Position numbers and translations under genes: made by a program. A DNA stretch of 54,387 nt from Geosiphon pyriformis uo1. Its lineage: Eukaryota; Fungi; Glomeromycota. The notes beneath the pieces are model-generated. The model was not told the DNA's origin, did not search any database, and saw only the letters and a list, made by a program, of their open reading frames with translations. Below are positions 27,664 through 41,348 of the stretch, one piece after another (the stretch's first letter is position 1; every line of letters starts with the position of its first letter). The stretch is from positions 1 to 54,387 of the forward strand of contig JAAOMT010000479.1 in the NCBI GenBank assembly GCA_016748015.1. Direction: 5' to 3'.

Positions 27664-28146
27664 ATGTCACGACATCGAAGTAAGATACAAATCTCACCGA
27701 CAGTAACGACAGCTGTCAACGGGAACAATACAAAATTGCATCAAACTCAGACTATCCTTTGTAGTCACCCAAAGCACGCAGAATATGAATCGAGTTTGAA
27801 AAAAACAGTACAAAGTAGAGCTGGAAAGAATCTGAGCATGATTAGGGTACCAAAACGTATGGTGCTCGCTCTTGGTGTTCGAGAAGGTTCTTTAATTTGT
27901 CGCCGTTGTTTGGTGAAGACCGACAAGGATCCGGAGGTAAAATGCAAATAATCTGGGTTACAATATTAGAGAGCTTTGACTAATAAGAAATACAGTATAA
28001 TCGAATTCAATTAATTGAATTGTTAAAATATTCTACAGTATCTGAATAATCCAAAATTCGTTACTCTCAAATCGAAGACGAAAAGAAATCTCTCTTCTAA
28101 TCTCAAAATTGAGATGGAAGGTTTCAAATTGGACGAGACGTATTAA
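27664..28146 (+). CDS. Small basic protein with putative C-H-C-C zinc site, two exons (about 126 aa)
   Basis: Exon 27664-27936, intron GTAAAA...TACAG (27937-28038), exon 28039-28146 in frame ending TAA; CSHPKH...ICRRC motif. Confidence 0.65.
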
Positions 28147-29307
28147 AGTTTATATTTTCTCACAGGATATATATATATATTTGTTTTGAAAATAGCTTTT
28201 TGCTTTCCACAGCAAAGAGAATGTTGAGTTTTTTGGATAAACTGCCGTGGTCATATGTTTCACATCGAAAAGGTCCAAAATCATTTTAAACCGTTTTACT
28301 TTTCTAGGAAAAATTAAATAGCTGGTTATTCAGCGCCTCCTTCAAATTTTTGTTGTTAAAACTGTAGTACTATTTTGTTTTCTCGTAAAAAAAAAAATTT
28401 TATGGCAATCATTTCTATGAAATGTGAAACTAGAACGTTTTTGAATTTTATCAAATTGAAAGCTACAATGTTTTTCCTAAGTCGGTTTTTCTTTCCCTCG
28501 AACTGTAATTCCTGTTTCCGAAACAATTTCAACCAATTATTTATTTATTTTCATACCTTTAAGCCACAAATTCATAAACCTTTGATCGAAAAAGTGACTT
28601 TAAAATAAATTTTCATAATATTAAGGCGTAACGTAGAGCGTAAATAAAAAAATATTAACACAGGACTCCAAAACACTAAGGAACTTTGTACCCATTATAT
28701 TTTTCTCGTCACTTTTCCAATTCTAAACGGTATTCCATTCATTTACCATAATTTTTTCCGATTGATATTGTCATATAAAATTTCTTCAAAGAGAAATATC
28801 TTGAGAGATTTAAAAAAAGCCCCCAAAATATTTAATTACAATGATTTTCACAGAGCAGAAAACAATCTGTATGAGATGAAATAAATCCTTTTGGAACTTT
28901 GGTAAAAAATAGCAAAGTTAGAAGTGGTCTCTGAACCTTCTCATTTTATTAACGCCAGCGGTAATTATTCATTAGACATGATCATTGGCTCTTGTTTCAA
29001 AAATTGATTTAAATTTTCTGTCCATGTGCAAATAAAAGGCTTGCATAATATTATAATTATGAAATCACTATAATATAAAATAGTTGAATTGTGAATGTTG
29101 ACGTAATGTTAATTTTTGAAAAATTGCATTAAACCCGAGAACTTTTTCTCTATGAAATTTAAAATATTTGGAGAACTATTTGACTTGGCAAAATTATACA
29201 TTCAGCATTTATTTTAAGGAAGATGTGTAATTACGGTGAATAATCTTTTCTTGTACACTAAATTGGTTTATCAATCCGTTGATGATATGGGGCATGCTGT
29301 AACAAAA

Positions 29308-30350
29308 CTAGACAAACTGAACATGTATAATAAAACAGTCAGAAAATTTCAAAATCTCCTTCCTCATCATATCTAATCCTGGTGTCACGACTGAAAGGAA
29401 TTTGTTTGCAAGGTTGTACTTTGTATGATTGGCATCACAATGGAATAGAGTAATGGGCTGATAGTCAGCAGCTAGAATAACCAATGCTTCAGACAGAGTG
29501 ATGCTTGCTGCTGCATTTTCATTCCTTCCTTGTGTTGTGTACTTTATTCTCTTTGCTTAGCACCATGAGTAAATGCATTCAATGACACTATTTAAGTAGA
29601 CAATCTGTTCCCATCCCACCAACTATTTCATAGACTTGATGAAGAATGACTTGTGAGAAACAGTATGAACATATCTTGGAAGTGTTGTATTCATTGGTGA
29701 ATCTGATTTATCGATAATTTCAGTGCTGCTTTTAGATCTTTTTTTGTGCCTCTTAATAGAATTGTTTATGCTTTGCCAACATTCAAAGCAATGAATCACT
29801 GCTGGGACCTGATTAAGAGAATTTTAAACATGTGCATGCATTTTTTTCATTCTTGTCCTATAATCTTACTGTACGCTTGTTAAGTAGCACATTTCTTTTC
29901 CAGTGTTCTTTAACTAACTTCCGTTGCTAATTTTCTGTGCTTACATCACTTGATTGCTGGTTTTGGTGCTTTTTTTGGTCTTACTGGCTTGAAGATAACA
30001 TTATTAAATTAAATCATTATTTGAATATGGCGTAGCATTCACATTAAAACTGTTCTTAGTTGAAAGAACATGAAAATGGTTAATGTTAGCTTGGAATTTT
30101 TGTATCGGTTCCAGTAGATACAACATTTTTTTCCAAAAAGTAATACTTGATAACAGTTGAAAGCAGATTGACCTACATTGACAAATAAAAAAAATACAAT
30201 ATACTTACCAGCTTTATGTTATGCTTTTTGATATTAGTTGCAGAAAAATTAATGGCATTGGTAATAACAACAATGGTGATATTTTGCTCATAAAGTCTTT
30301 TTGATAAAATACAATAAACTTCTAATTTTTGCAAATTTCTTTTTTAATTT
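29308..30350 (-). pseudogene. Fanzor1-like (TnpB-family) RNA-guided nuclease remnant, C-terminal half
   Basis: Minus-strand translation: NSIKRHKKR...TNEYNTSKICSYCFSQV (29698-29650)...VIECIYSWC*AKRIKYTTQGRNENAAASITLSEALVILAADYQPI. This matches the rearranged RuvC-II E, the CxxC...CxxxxC zinc finger and the RuvC-III RDxNAAxNI motif (D mutated to N at 29523-29521). Confidence 0.8.
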
Positions 30351-32800
30351 AATGGCTTTATATTATTTAAATGTTATTTTCTATATAATTTTTTTTCAGT
30401 TTTTGATAATCGTAAAAACTTGGATTTTACCATAATTTTTAGACTTTTCAACTAATACCTATTTGTTTTAACTGCAGTTGTAAAAAATTTTAATGTAAAG
30501 AGTATAAAGTATTAATTAAGCTTTTTACTTTTTTGCAAATTTATTAGCTTTAGTGTTAATGCAAATCTAATACATAATTTCTATAATTGGTGTATAAATA
30601 ACATAGTTATATTGTTACAGGTTGAAGTAACATAATAAATAACAAAAGAAAACAAATATTATATATTAATAAAATAATCAAAGGAAAATTCAACTTAAAT
30701 GAGTGAATTGAATTTTTAAGGATTTAATATAAAAGATCAGTCATATAAATATCTCAGTCACTATTTTTTTTAACAAGAAAATCTAAAGATTAAAATGAAT
30801 TTGTATTATTAATAAAAAATAATACAGCTGCTATAATTATATGCTTTATATTAATACTCTTATAATTTAATGACAAATATTGTTTGTACTTTTCAGTAAA
30901 CATTTATTTAATATGCTTTACAAAAGCTAACAATATACAAATCAAGAAAATAAATAGTGAAAAAAAATAAAAAATTTGATATTATTATATTAATCTTGTT
31001 TGAATTAATTAATCTGAGCAGAAATTTAAGTGTAAATACTTTCTTATGGCTTTAAAGAGTTTTATTTATATATTCTTAAAAAGAGACCAATAATTAGATA
31101 AGTAATTTCATCAATAATCGAATTAATATCAAATTATAATCAATAATTACATTAATAGTTTATTTTAAAAATAGGATAGCTAATAAAAATAACATTAATA
31201 ACTAATACATATAATTAAATATAATTAAATAATTAATATAACTAAAAATTAAGAGTTTTAAACATAACAAATATATATTATTTTGTTTTGTAATTTAATA
31301 TAATAATACTTTTGCTGGCTTTTAATAAGTATATAATTTATTTGTTAATAAAATTTAGAATTTTAAATAAACTTAATATATATTAAAAATTGTTTTAAAG
31401 GCAGCAAATTTGTTTTTTTATATAATAAAAATTTGTAATTCAGTTTTTATTGTTAATTAAAATATTTTATAGTTTATAAAAAATATTTATAGATTAACAG
31501 CAATAAAGTATAACATACAATTAGTTTTTTGTAAAATAATTAACAATTTCAAACAAGCCAAAAAATTCAGTTATAATAACAATATTATTAACTAATATTA
31601 TTAATTATAAATGTAATAGAATATAAAATTCTAAAGTTATTTATGTTATTAAACAAATTACCAAAATAAATTAACAATTTTTGCTGTCATTTTTTTTATA
31701 AAAATTGTTTTTTAAAAAAACAACTTATTAATTATTGTTGATTTTAACAATTTGCTAAATATTTTTTAATTTAATAAGTATTTTTGCAGCTTTTTTCAAT
31801 TTTTGCTTTGTAAATACTGGTTTATTGGTAATAGCTTTCCAAGTTTGTTTATAAAATTTAAAATTTAATGTTTTTTAAACTGTTAATTTAAATTTTGTTG
31901 TTTTTTCTGTTTAACTTTTTTTACTTCTTTTGAATGTTTTAATACTATGTTATTATAATTAATACAAAATAAATTTTAATTTTTTTTGAATAGTATTGTG
32001 TAAATTCTAGTTGTAAATATTACTTATCTAAATGTTTGTAATAAATAAATATATATTTTTTTAATAAGGCTTGATAAAGTGTGTAATTATTTGTTAGATT
32101 AACAATTACTAAAAACACTTTTTTTTGAAATTAATTTTTTTATTTATATTGTTACCAGTTAAAATTTAAATCAAAATTAAAACATAATTATTTTTTAATT
32201 CTTATTATTAATTAGTAATAATTTATTAATTCATATTTATTACTTAGTTAAATTGCTAATAATTTTTTTAATTAATAATTTGATTTATATAATATCTAAG
32301 CATAATTAAACACTCTATTTAGATTATGCAATATTTTAAACTATGTAAAATTGAAAAGTTTGCTAAAATATTTAGTAATTTGTTAAAATATTCAACAGCT
32401 TACTGAAATATTTAATAATTTGCCAAAGTGCACATTTATCTCTCCAAAATTGATTGACATATTAGTAAAAAAATTAATTAAAATAATACTATTTAAAAAT
32501 GCATAAAAAAAAACTTTTTCTTTAAATAAATGTATTTTTATCTCTATTAAAATTAATCACAACACAAATTAACAATATAATTTCTTCTTTTTGAAATTAT
32601 AAATCAATAAAAGTTAATTGTTTTTTTAAAATTTACTTGCTCAATAAACTAATAATTTTATAATTAACTACTTACTAATTTTAATAAAGTGATTAATTTA
32701 TTTTTAAAAAAATTTCCAAGCCTAAAAATTTATGAGCAAAATAAAATATTTGAAAATAATTTTAAACACTTTCTATTTCAATTTGGTCAAACCAACTTTT
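30350..32800. mobile_element. Hyper-AT eroded block, probable 5' part of the Fanzor1-carrying element
   Basis: About 2.4 kb nearly devoid of CG dinucleotides and much more AT-rich than the flanks; contiguous with the upstream side of the Fanzor1 remnant; no ORFs. Confidence 0.5.
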
Positions 32801-33632
32801 CCAATAAAACAAAAAAAACATATATATTCTGAGCACGGTTTATCTTTGGCAAAATCCGTTTAACAGCTATGCAGATGTATGAATAATCCTTTTTTTGCAG
32901 TGCTGCCTATAAAATAAACACTTAATAATATATAAGAATAACAAACCATATCTCTCAGGGAAATCTACCATTGGCAGTTTCATGAGGCATTAAATAAAAA
33001 AAAATACAAACCAAAGTAGAAACACAATATGTATTTCAAAACTAGGAATTAAGAAATTTTCTAAGCTAGCTTTTTTGATCTAGATTTTTTCGATTCAAAA
33101 TTGTTTTTAAAGTTATCTATTTCTCAAAAAAATAATTAATTAAATGAGTTTTGTTTAAAGGGGGTTTTTTTAAATATATATATTTATAATTTGATTGTCG
33201 ATAATATTTTTAAAGGAAAAGAAAAAATATATGTCAAAATATGACTTCGTAATCAAAGTCAAGCTCTTCATATTTTAAATTTACAGATATAATTTTTGCC
33301 TTCTATACTTTTAGCACCATTATGATAATTATTTTGACTATTATTTATTATATTCTTTAGGCAGACGAAATTTGATTATAACGGTGCCTGGGAGACGTAT
33401 TTTCAGTGTGAACCCAGTGATATTATCCCATAAATCCCATATCTCAACTTAAAGATATCAGAATCATGCATGGTTCTGCATCAGTTTAACCACATAATGC
33501 TTCTCAAGCTTCATAAATTATTTTCTCAAGTCAAATTTACATCTTTTTTTCTTTTAAACTTTTGAAGATAATTATTTTTCTTTTAAATAAAGCAATATTC
33601 AAACTGGTTTTAGAAGTAGCGCTACAAACAAT

Positions 33633-34918
33633 ATGACAACTTGGTTTGCTCCTAGCATAAAAAATAATGGAAGTTATTCCCCCGAACAAAGTAATAAATT
33701 CAAAATTAAAGTTTTGCTGATACTTTTTTCGTATGCTTATTTTTTTTATAATTTTTCTAGATGAAAATCAATCTAACTTGAGAATTCGTACTTTCTCACC
33801 TTATAATTCTCACGGTCAGCCCCATGGTTTTTTCATAAAAGTGGATCTCTATAAAATAATTTTTATGCCAAATGGTCACTCTCAAGCTTCTGACAAATAT
33901 TCAAAGATTGCACTTCTGTTTCGCTATATAACCAACGAAATTTCTCTGACATTCAATTCAATGAAATATGAAATTATTATTCCTCTAACTGAGGTCACTT
34001 CATTCGAAATTCGTGCTCAGGAGATACAAGTTGGTCTTTGCTCCAATTTTCAGAAAACCGTAGGTAAAATGATCATTAGTTTTGATTTTCAATTTTTAAT
34101 AAATGTCTCAATAAATAATTTCTTCTAGATTTACCATCACCCAAACGGACATTCTAGCCGAGGCTATGAAGAGATTTCTTTTGATCCAACCTTGGGCGAA
34201 ATTTCTATAGCGGACACATTAATTATGACATCGATGAATTGGGTTGAGCGAAATACATTGTTAATGATCGAAGCAGGAATCGAAAATTTTAGTCCTCGGT
34301 TGGTATCTGGTCAAACTATTAGGGATGATAGCAGGGTAAGATTCTGGGGAGTATTTTGCGTCATTTTGATAGTTAGTTTCAATCAGTACAAAACCAACAC
34401 TTAAACTTTAAAACTTATGTTCAAAAAAAGTCTCAAGATCTTACTCGTGAATCTTCTCACTCATCATCAGTTGCCTCTTCGAGCAGATTAAGTTCACCTT
34501 CGCAATCGGATACTCTATTTGCTTCTTTGGCTCACCACAGTAATAATGAAGATGGGGAAAATGATGATTTTTGTCCTACAGAAGCGGACCAAGATCAATT
34601 GGTATTTTCGCTGCTCCATTACTTCAATGTTTCATTTGGTTTTGCAATTGTAATATCACACCGAACTTCGATTGCTGATAGATTTTAATAACGTGCACCT
34701 TCCTTATCGAACGTCGTCAAATTTTGTTTCCTCGCAAAGACACATTTGAGGCTTTTAAAGCAAAGATTCGCGATCGATTTCATATCAACCCAAATAAAAT
34801 GGCTTCTTTAAATGGGGCCGGCGAAACGATTCTGCTGATAGATAAGGATGATTGGGATGTAGCTATATGGGAAGCCAATATGCAAGGAAGAAGACGTATA
34901 GAGGTAATATTCTTATAA
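33633..34918 (+). CDS. Five-exon hypothetical protein with C-terminal PB1-like domain
   Basis: ATG 33633; GT-AG introns join ORFs 33761-34060, 34129-34335, 34431-34601 and 34682-34918 in frame; the end reads TFEAFKAKIRDRF...GETILLIDKDDWDVAI (PB1 acidic motif-like); middle KYEIIIPLTEV...DPTLGEIS may be PH-like. Confidence 0.7.
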
Positions 34919-35465
34919 AAATGCAGAGGAAGTGAAAAAGACGTTAGTTGTCACGGTCTGTAGTTATAGATTTTAAATTTCTTTAAAAGATCTCCCGATG
35001 CAAATATTTCTATAAATTCTCAAGTTAAATTAAAATTCCCTCAAAGGATTTTCTTTGGTAAAGAATTATATTTCATAAATTTTTTTTCAAAATAACATTG
35101 GTTCCCATTAAAAAACCTCCTTAAAATGGAAAGTATTTTGAAGACAGCTCCATCTCCCAATGTAAAGATTCTATAGCTTTTTCAATGAAATTGGTCTATG
35201 AAAACTATTCAAATAATCTCCAATGTAAATATTGTTCTTTAAAATTCAACAACACGTAAATTTATATTAATTTCTTTAAAATTCGCTGCTACAGTAGTAA
35301 TTGGATTGCTTTTGAAATTAACATCAAAATCTTTTTTCTCCAAATATCAATCTCAATTTGACAAAGTTGATAATTTCAAGTTTGATTTGATAGATCCTTT
35401 TTACTAAGCTTTATAAATTTAATTTTGATTCATTCCTGATTATATTACGACCAAAAATATTTAGG

Positions 35466-36532
35466 ACTATCTCATATGAGAATAAATTCTGCAGTTTTAA
35501 TAAAACCCGAAAAGCCGAAACATCCTAAATCTAGAATTCGAAAGAGTTTAAACTCTTACTTGGGCTTAGCACAGGCTCAAGGCTGTAAAAATTGTGATGA
35601 ATCTTTTTTCCGATTTCCGTCGACAACCTTTGCAAATTTGTGGAGCATAAAATAATTCTGGTTCCTCCTAAAATATGGAAAAATGAAATTTTGGCTCTAG
35701 TACATTATCATCGTGAGACGCTGGGAATAAATGATTGGAAACAAGTTACCCAACATCCCGACGTGATAAAATTAGGGAAAACGCATGCCAAAACTACTGG
35801 TGAGCGTGAGCAACGGAATCATGTAGGTGTTTCGATTTCTGTTCTAAATAGAGAGCCTCCTCATATGATAACCAACATTTTTGATGAGATTAATGGTAAG
35901 TTAGCAACGATTTCTTAAACAAGGGTAATAAATTATTTTGTTAATTTTGAATAGACATTTTTACCGAGAAGAAACGAAGAAAGCTCAAGTCAGGCTACCG
36001 ATAGACACGATGGTGAATCCTTGTCCAAAAATTGATAATTAGCAACGAGAAATAATATTTTAGCCTCGTTGTTTTTGATGATAAATGAACTTCATTTGGA
36101 AATAGACCTTACAGCTCCGACCAACTTGAAACCGAATAAATCCCGGAAGTATATACGCTCAACCATAAGTTCATCAAATGAATCTTCTAGTCACAAATCA
36201 GGTTTAGCCTTTCCCCGGGAATTCTTGCAATAATTTAGAAAAAAAATATCTAACCATTATTTCATTCGTAGAAAACTCTCACATTGCTTGCAAAATTTCC
36301 GACCCTAAACCTGCACCACCGAATTCTTTTGAAATATCTCGATTAAATCCTGTCAATCATAAGATGGTAAGTGATACTTTTGCTAGGGAAACTTATAATC
36401 TTATATATTAATTAAATTAAGAATTTATAAAAGGTAGAATCCTTTAAAGAGAAGTTGTGTGCTTGAAGATTCAATGCATCTCTTGAGCTATTGCGTAAAC
36501 TCTATGTCAATACTTGTGAAACCCATCCATCT
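35466..36532 (+). pseudogene. Pseudogene with tyrosine-recombinase N-terminal (SAM-like) domain, 5' part, split by LINE
   Basis: FPISVDNLCKFVEHKIILVPPKIWKNEILALVHYHRETLGINDWKQVTQHPDV resembles the integrase core-binding helix pattern; in-frame stops upstream; last exon reads ...ELLRKLYVNTCETHPS at the LINE junction. Confidence 0.55.
36523..36532 (+). repeat. Target-site duplication, left copy (CCATCCATCT)
   Basis: Identical to 43365-43374; abuts the poly-T tail. Confidence 0.9.
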
Positions 36533-36664
36533 TTTTTTTTTTATTTTTATTAACGAGTGCAGCCCAACCAAAGTCTAGAATAAGTTACAAAGAAAAGTAG
36601 CCAACTAAACATGGTTCACGCATTTGCTACATGTGACCGGTCACTCGAGCCAATCAAGGCAACA

Positions 36665-39600
36665 CTACGCACTTATCAAAACACTAACTCTATGAACAGC
36701 ACCAGACAAAAACAAGAACCTACTCCTAAAACCGAAACTGACATTAAGAGAATCTAGCACACCAATAAGGCGGACCGTGCCAGCTGAGAGAGGCAGAGCA
36801 CTCACACCAAGAGCACCAGCCACAACAACATCATCACCAATCAAACCACTTCTCTCCATGTCAGACCTGAACTTAATTCTAAAGAGCCAGAGGTTCGTCC
36901 TATGACTCTCAGCCAAACGATGGATGAAATCCACCACCACAACAGCCACCTTCTTCTTGTCACTAAGAGAAGCAGTGGCCTCATCCATCCAACTCTTGAG
37001 AACAAACCCCTTGCAAAAAACCAAATACAACCCAACATCAGACACCCCCAGAGAGAAATCTTGTAGTACAAAAGACGGCAACAGTAAGTTAGGACCCATC
37101 AGAGTCCTCCACAAACCACCAAAATCACCCAAAATATCCGACTGCACAGAAGCATTCTTAACACAAGTAAAACCATGATTGGGGAGTTCTACATTACCAC
37201 AAAACAGACAAGACACATCAGGGTAATTCTTATTATACAACCTCTTTCGAACAACAACAGGCAACCTGAAATGAACAGTTTTCATGAAATATGTATGAAG
37301 AGCAGCAGAGGCTTGACACATACTCCCAGAGAGCATATGAGAGTCAGGGTGCCAAACTAGAGTGGTACTATTCCAATTGACAACCAGACCAAACAAACAG
37401 GACACAACCCTTTGGCCAGAACTCACCTTCCACTAAACCTTGCAAATAGAATGAAAAATGGCATGTACAAAATGGCAAGCATTACTGAAAACTGGCCTGC
37501 TGTCAGCAACCACATATCTACAATTAATCCTGGCAGGGAGAGAGAGCCCAGAGTGCGCAGCCTGTTCTACAAGAACGTCAGCCAAAACATTACCAGTGAT
37601 ACCAGCATGACCTTTGACCTTGATCCAACAGACAGTCAGATCTTTGGATTCAATCAAATTAACCACATGGTGTCTTTCTATCCAGCAACTATTGCAACAA
37701 TCCGGCTGTAACAGACCCAATTCAGCCACACATGCATCTATAGCCACTTGACTATCTGTGTGCAAAGCCACTGAAACAGAGGCGGGAACGTACTCCAGAG
37801 CCAGGACAATAGTCTGTAATTCAGCCAGGGTCGAAGATAGCACACTATGTACCTCCACTCCTAAACCTTTGTTCAAGCCAGAAAAATAAACGACAGCACC
37901 ACACGTCACCTGAAATGTACTCAAACTTCTAAGAGAACTGTCAGTATAAACATCAATCTCGTCAGCCCACAATCCATGAATCTCCTCATGAATGTCGGCA
38001 AAAGATGTCGAATCCAAAACACTAGCACAGACAGAAACTAAACTTGCAGGAGGGAAAACATGCAAACAATTACTCAAGTAAGCAGAGACCTCCAAAAACC
38101 ATAAAGGCATGGGGCCTCTAGAACCAAGTTTTCTATTGGCAAAACGTACGCCAACTAACAATAGAATCATTTTTGTCCAGAAGTTGGTTACCATATGCCA
38201 TATCAGCAATTTTTAAGGAGCAAACCACATTGAAATACAAAAAATCACCCAATACTAATGACATTGGAAAACAGCCAGGAGAGCAAAAAGCACAGGGAAG
38301 TCTGTTATCTAAAGACAGCTTGTTGTCAAGAAATATACGAACCACATCCGCTAGAAAATTGTTTGAAGTGTTCACTCTTAGCTTAACAGGATATTGCAGA
38401 AGATTCAACAAAACCTAGCACAAAACCTGCAAATCCAAAATATGATGTTTGAACAGTCAGCCAAGAATTCCAGAAGAATTCGCAAACTGCACAACGGAAG
38501 CTGTCTTGCATTCAGCTTGCAATTGTTCAAAAGATTTCAGCCCATAAATAGAGGAGTGGTGCAACACCTCATTGGGAAAGTCTCTCGGCAAATTGGCCTT
38601 TGACCTAAGACCCCTTCTAATTAGAATGTCTCATTTTAGACAAACAGCTTTGGAAACAAAACTAAACTGCATTCAATAACTGACTATGGGCTGCAAAACA
38701 GCTGAAACCAGATAAGAAAATTGTTTATCAGAGACAGTCTTCCAGAGAACCATATTTGAGAAGAACTTAATATCTGAATTGGCTTTAACAAGACTTGGCT
38801 TAGACAAACCATCGGTGGACAAGAAAATACCCAAATATCGATGATTCACACCAGAATTGGCAACAGCAATAGCCTGGCCATTAATAGATAAAACAGGAAC
38901 TCCCACTCTTTTGTTGATAGGAATGGCAACCGTCTTCTCATTGTTTATGTTAATGTCATTGATGAGAAAAAACTCACTGGTCACATTAAGAATGTGCTGC
39001 ATAGAGGCTTGCCCATTTCTCACCCAAATAGTGTCATCAACAAAAGCACCAGCCACAAAAAAAGAGGTCATACCCCCACTAGTCTCAATTCTTCCAGTCT
39101 TCAACACAAAGTTCAAATTGATCCGATAACCACACAAATGATCTTGTCTTGCAACTTCACATAACAAAGGGTCATAAAAAATTCTCCATAGAAGAGGTGA
39201 GAAAACTTCACCCTGATCCAAATCATCAAGAACTTTGTATCCATCAGAAAGGCCAAAATTTGTCATGACTCTGTTAAAGCAACTATTGTGAATGTTGCCA
39301 AAAAACTTGATAAACTTGCTGCACATTTTGATACGGCGTAAACTAGTTTCTAAATGAGGCCAACCGACAGAGTTATATACTTTGCACATGTCTTGAAGAA
39401 CTAGCCAAAGTTTGCAGTCTTTTTCCAAAGCATCCTCCACAATTGAACCCACAATTGAAATTGGTGACTGAGTGGAAATGCCTTTGAGGACAGAAAAGTT
39501 GTTACTACGGAGGACATCAAACCTACTACAAACAAGAGAGATCCTGTCTGAGAGAACTTTTGACAGAATCTTCCTGGCCATCTCAATCAATGCAATAGGT

Positions 39601-41348
39601 CGTGTATTTAACAAGATGCCATCTCAATCATAAGGCTTAGGGATCATGGACACCCAGGCCTCTTTCCAATGGACTGGAACATCACCAAAACACAAGCAAG
39701 AGTTCAGCAAAAACAACAAACACTCCAAAACCAAACAGCCAGCATGTTTCCAAAGTTCATTGGTGATATCAGACAAATTAGCAGCTTTGCCATTAGGAAG
39801 ATTGCTTATAACTAAAGACATCTCACACATGGTAATATCACACATGATCAGACTAAAGACATCATCATCAACATAAGCCAAAGGGGCATATTGTTGTGCC
39901 TAAGGACCAGACAAGGCAGGAAGAGCATTCTGCTTCCTGGTCCAATTAACCATGATGTCATCAACTTTGAGCTTCACTTCATCAGATTCCAAAATAAGAG
40001 AATCACCAACAACCAAATGGTCCAGAACGACTTTGTAAAAGGGCTGCTCCAAGATGCTCTGAATCATCCTATCTTTATCCATATCAAACTTTTCTATATG
40101 CTTATCAATTGCATCTCTAATAGCAGATCTTTTGGCCACCTCAGATTCACAATATTTGGACTTTCTATATTGCTTTCTAATCTTTGAAAGATGAATTATC
40201 AAGCCAGCAGAACCCACACCATTCCCGATCATGCCAAAAATTTTAGAAGCTTCGGCAGAGTCAACTTTAAACCAAGTGTTAGCCAGACAATCAAAGCCCA
40301 AAGTATCATCCCGTCTCAGCACTTTCAATAACTTAGCAACCAAAAGCTCTAACCTGGAAAATCTAGAAGAGAGTCTATTCTTAGCACAATCAAATTCACT
40401 ATACCAATGTCTTGAAAAAAATTTTTCAGCAGAAGCAGTTATGGCATCAGCTAGCATCCGCCACATTTCATCCAAGTTGTCACCATCCTCAGCCATCTTA
40501 AACCTATTCAGAGAACCCAAAAACACACACTCAGAAAGGTCCTTAAAATGCACCCACTTTTTTTCATCAGCATCCTTAATCTTGAACTTCTAGTGATCCT
40601 TATTAGTGTGCTTGCGGATGCTGTTCAAACAAGCATCCAGAAGACCACCCAACCCAATAGACATTGACACAGCCAAGTGATCCATGTCAAAAAATTCCAA
40701 GACAGAACTAACATCACGATCCACAACCACTGAAATCAAAGAGTCACTAACTAGAATATAATCCAAAACCTTGCTAATGCCTCTTGAATTGTTCCAAGTA
40801 GGAATCCTAGCTAGAGAGTGACCACCAAAAACATTAACTAAACCCAGACCTAAACATTTCCTAAGACTTGCCTCTTTGACCGAATTGTCTTCATTGAAGT
40901 CCCCATCCAAGACAACAAAAGAACTCTTGTTGACGGTATCAGCAATAAATGAATTAATAACAGAAGCCTGAGCAAAACAGTCACCACTAGATGCACAGAC
41001 ATAAAGCCCAATGACAGACACAGAAAGCTTGTTCTTGAACAAAAGGCGAATTAAAAGAACTTTGCCCTTTACCTCCTCGACTTTGGAAACATGACAAGCC
41101 AGAGAATCATTCACAAAAATAGCCACACCAGCCCCACAAAACCCAACATCCAAACCAGATGTAAAAACCCAAACACCTTCAAACCTTTTCATGATCCATG
41201 GTTGTGAACCGGAACACAACTTGGTTTCCATAACAATCAAGATTGAACTACCAGAATTCTTATGCCAGTGAAAAATGTCCTTCTGCTTCGCAGAATTGTT
41301 CATTCCCCTAATATTACATGTGGCAATTTTCCAAATAAAACTGGTCAT
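36665..41348 (-). pseudogene. LINE ORF2 (APE endonuclease - reverse transcriptase - RNase H - CCHC)
   Basis: IATCNIRG, ETKL, GDFNE, LDYILVS, DHLAV (APE); RPIALIE, QGEVFSPLLW, AFVDDT, YLGI (RT); YTDSS, AEL, TDSQ, VKGHAGITGNVLAD (RNase H); CLFCGNVELPNHGFTC. Broken by several stops and frameshifts. Confidence 0.95.
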
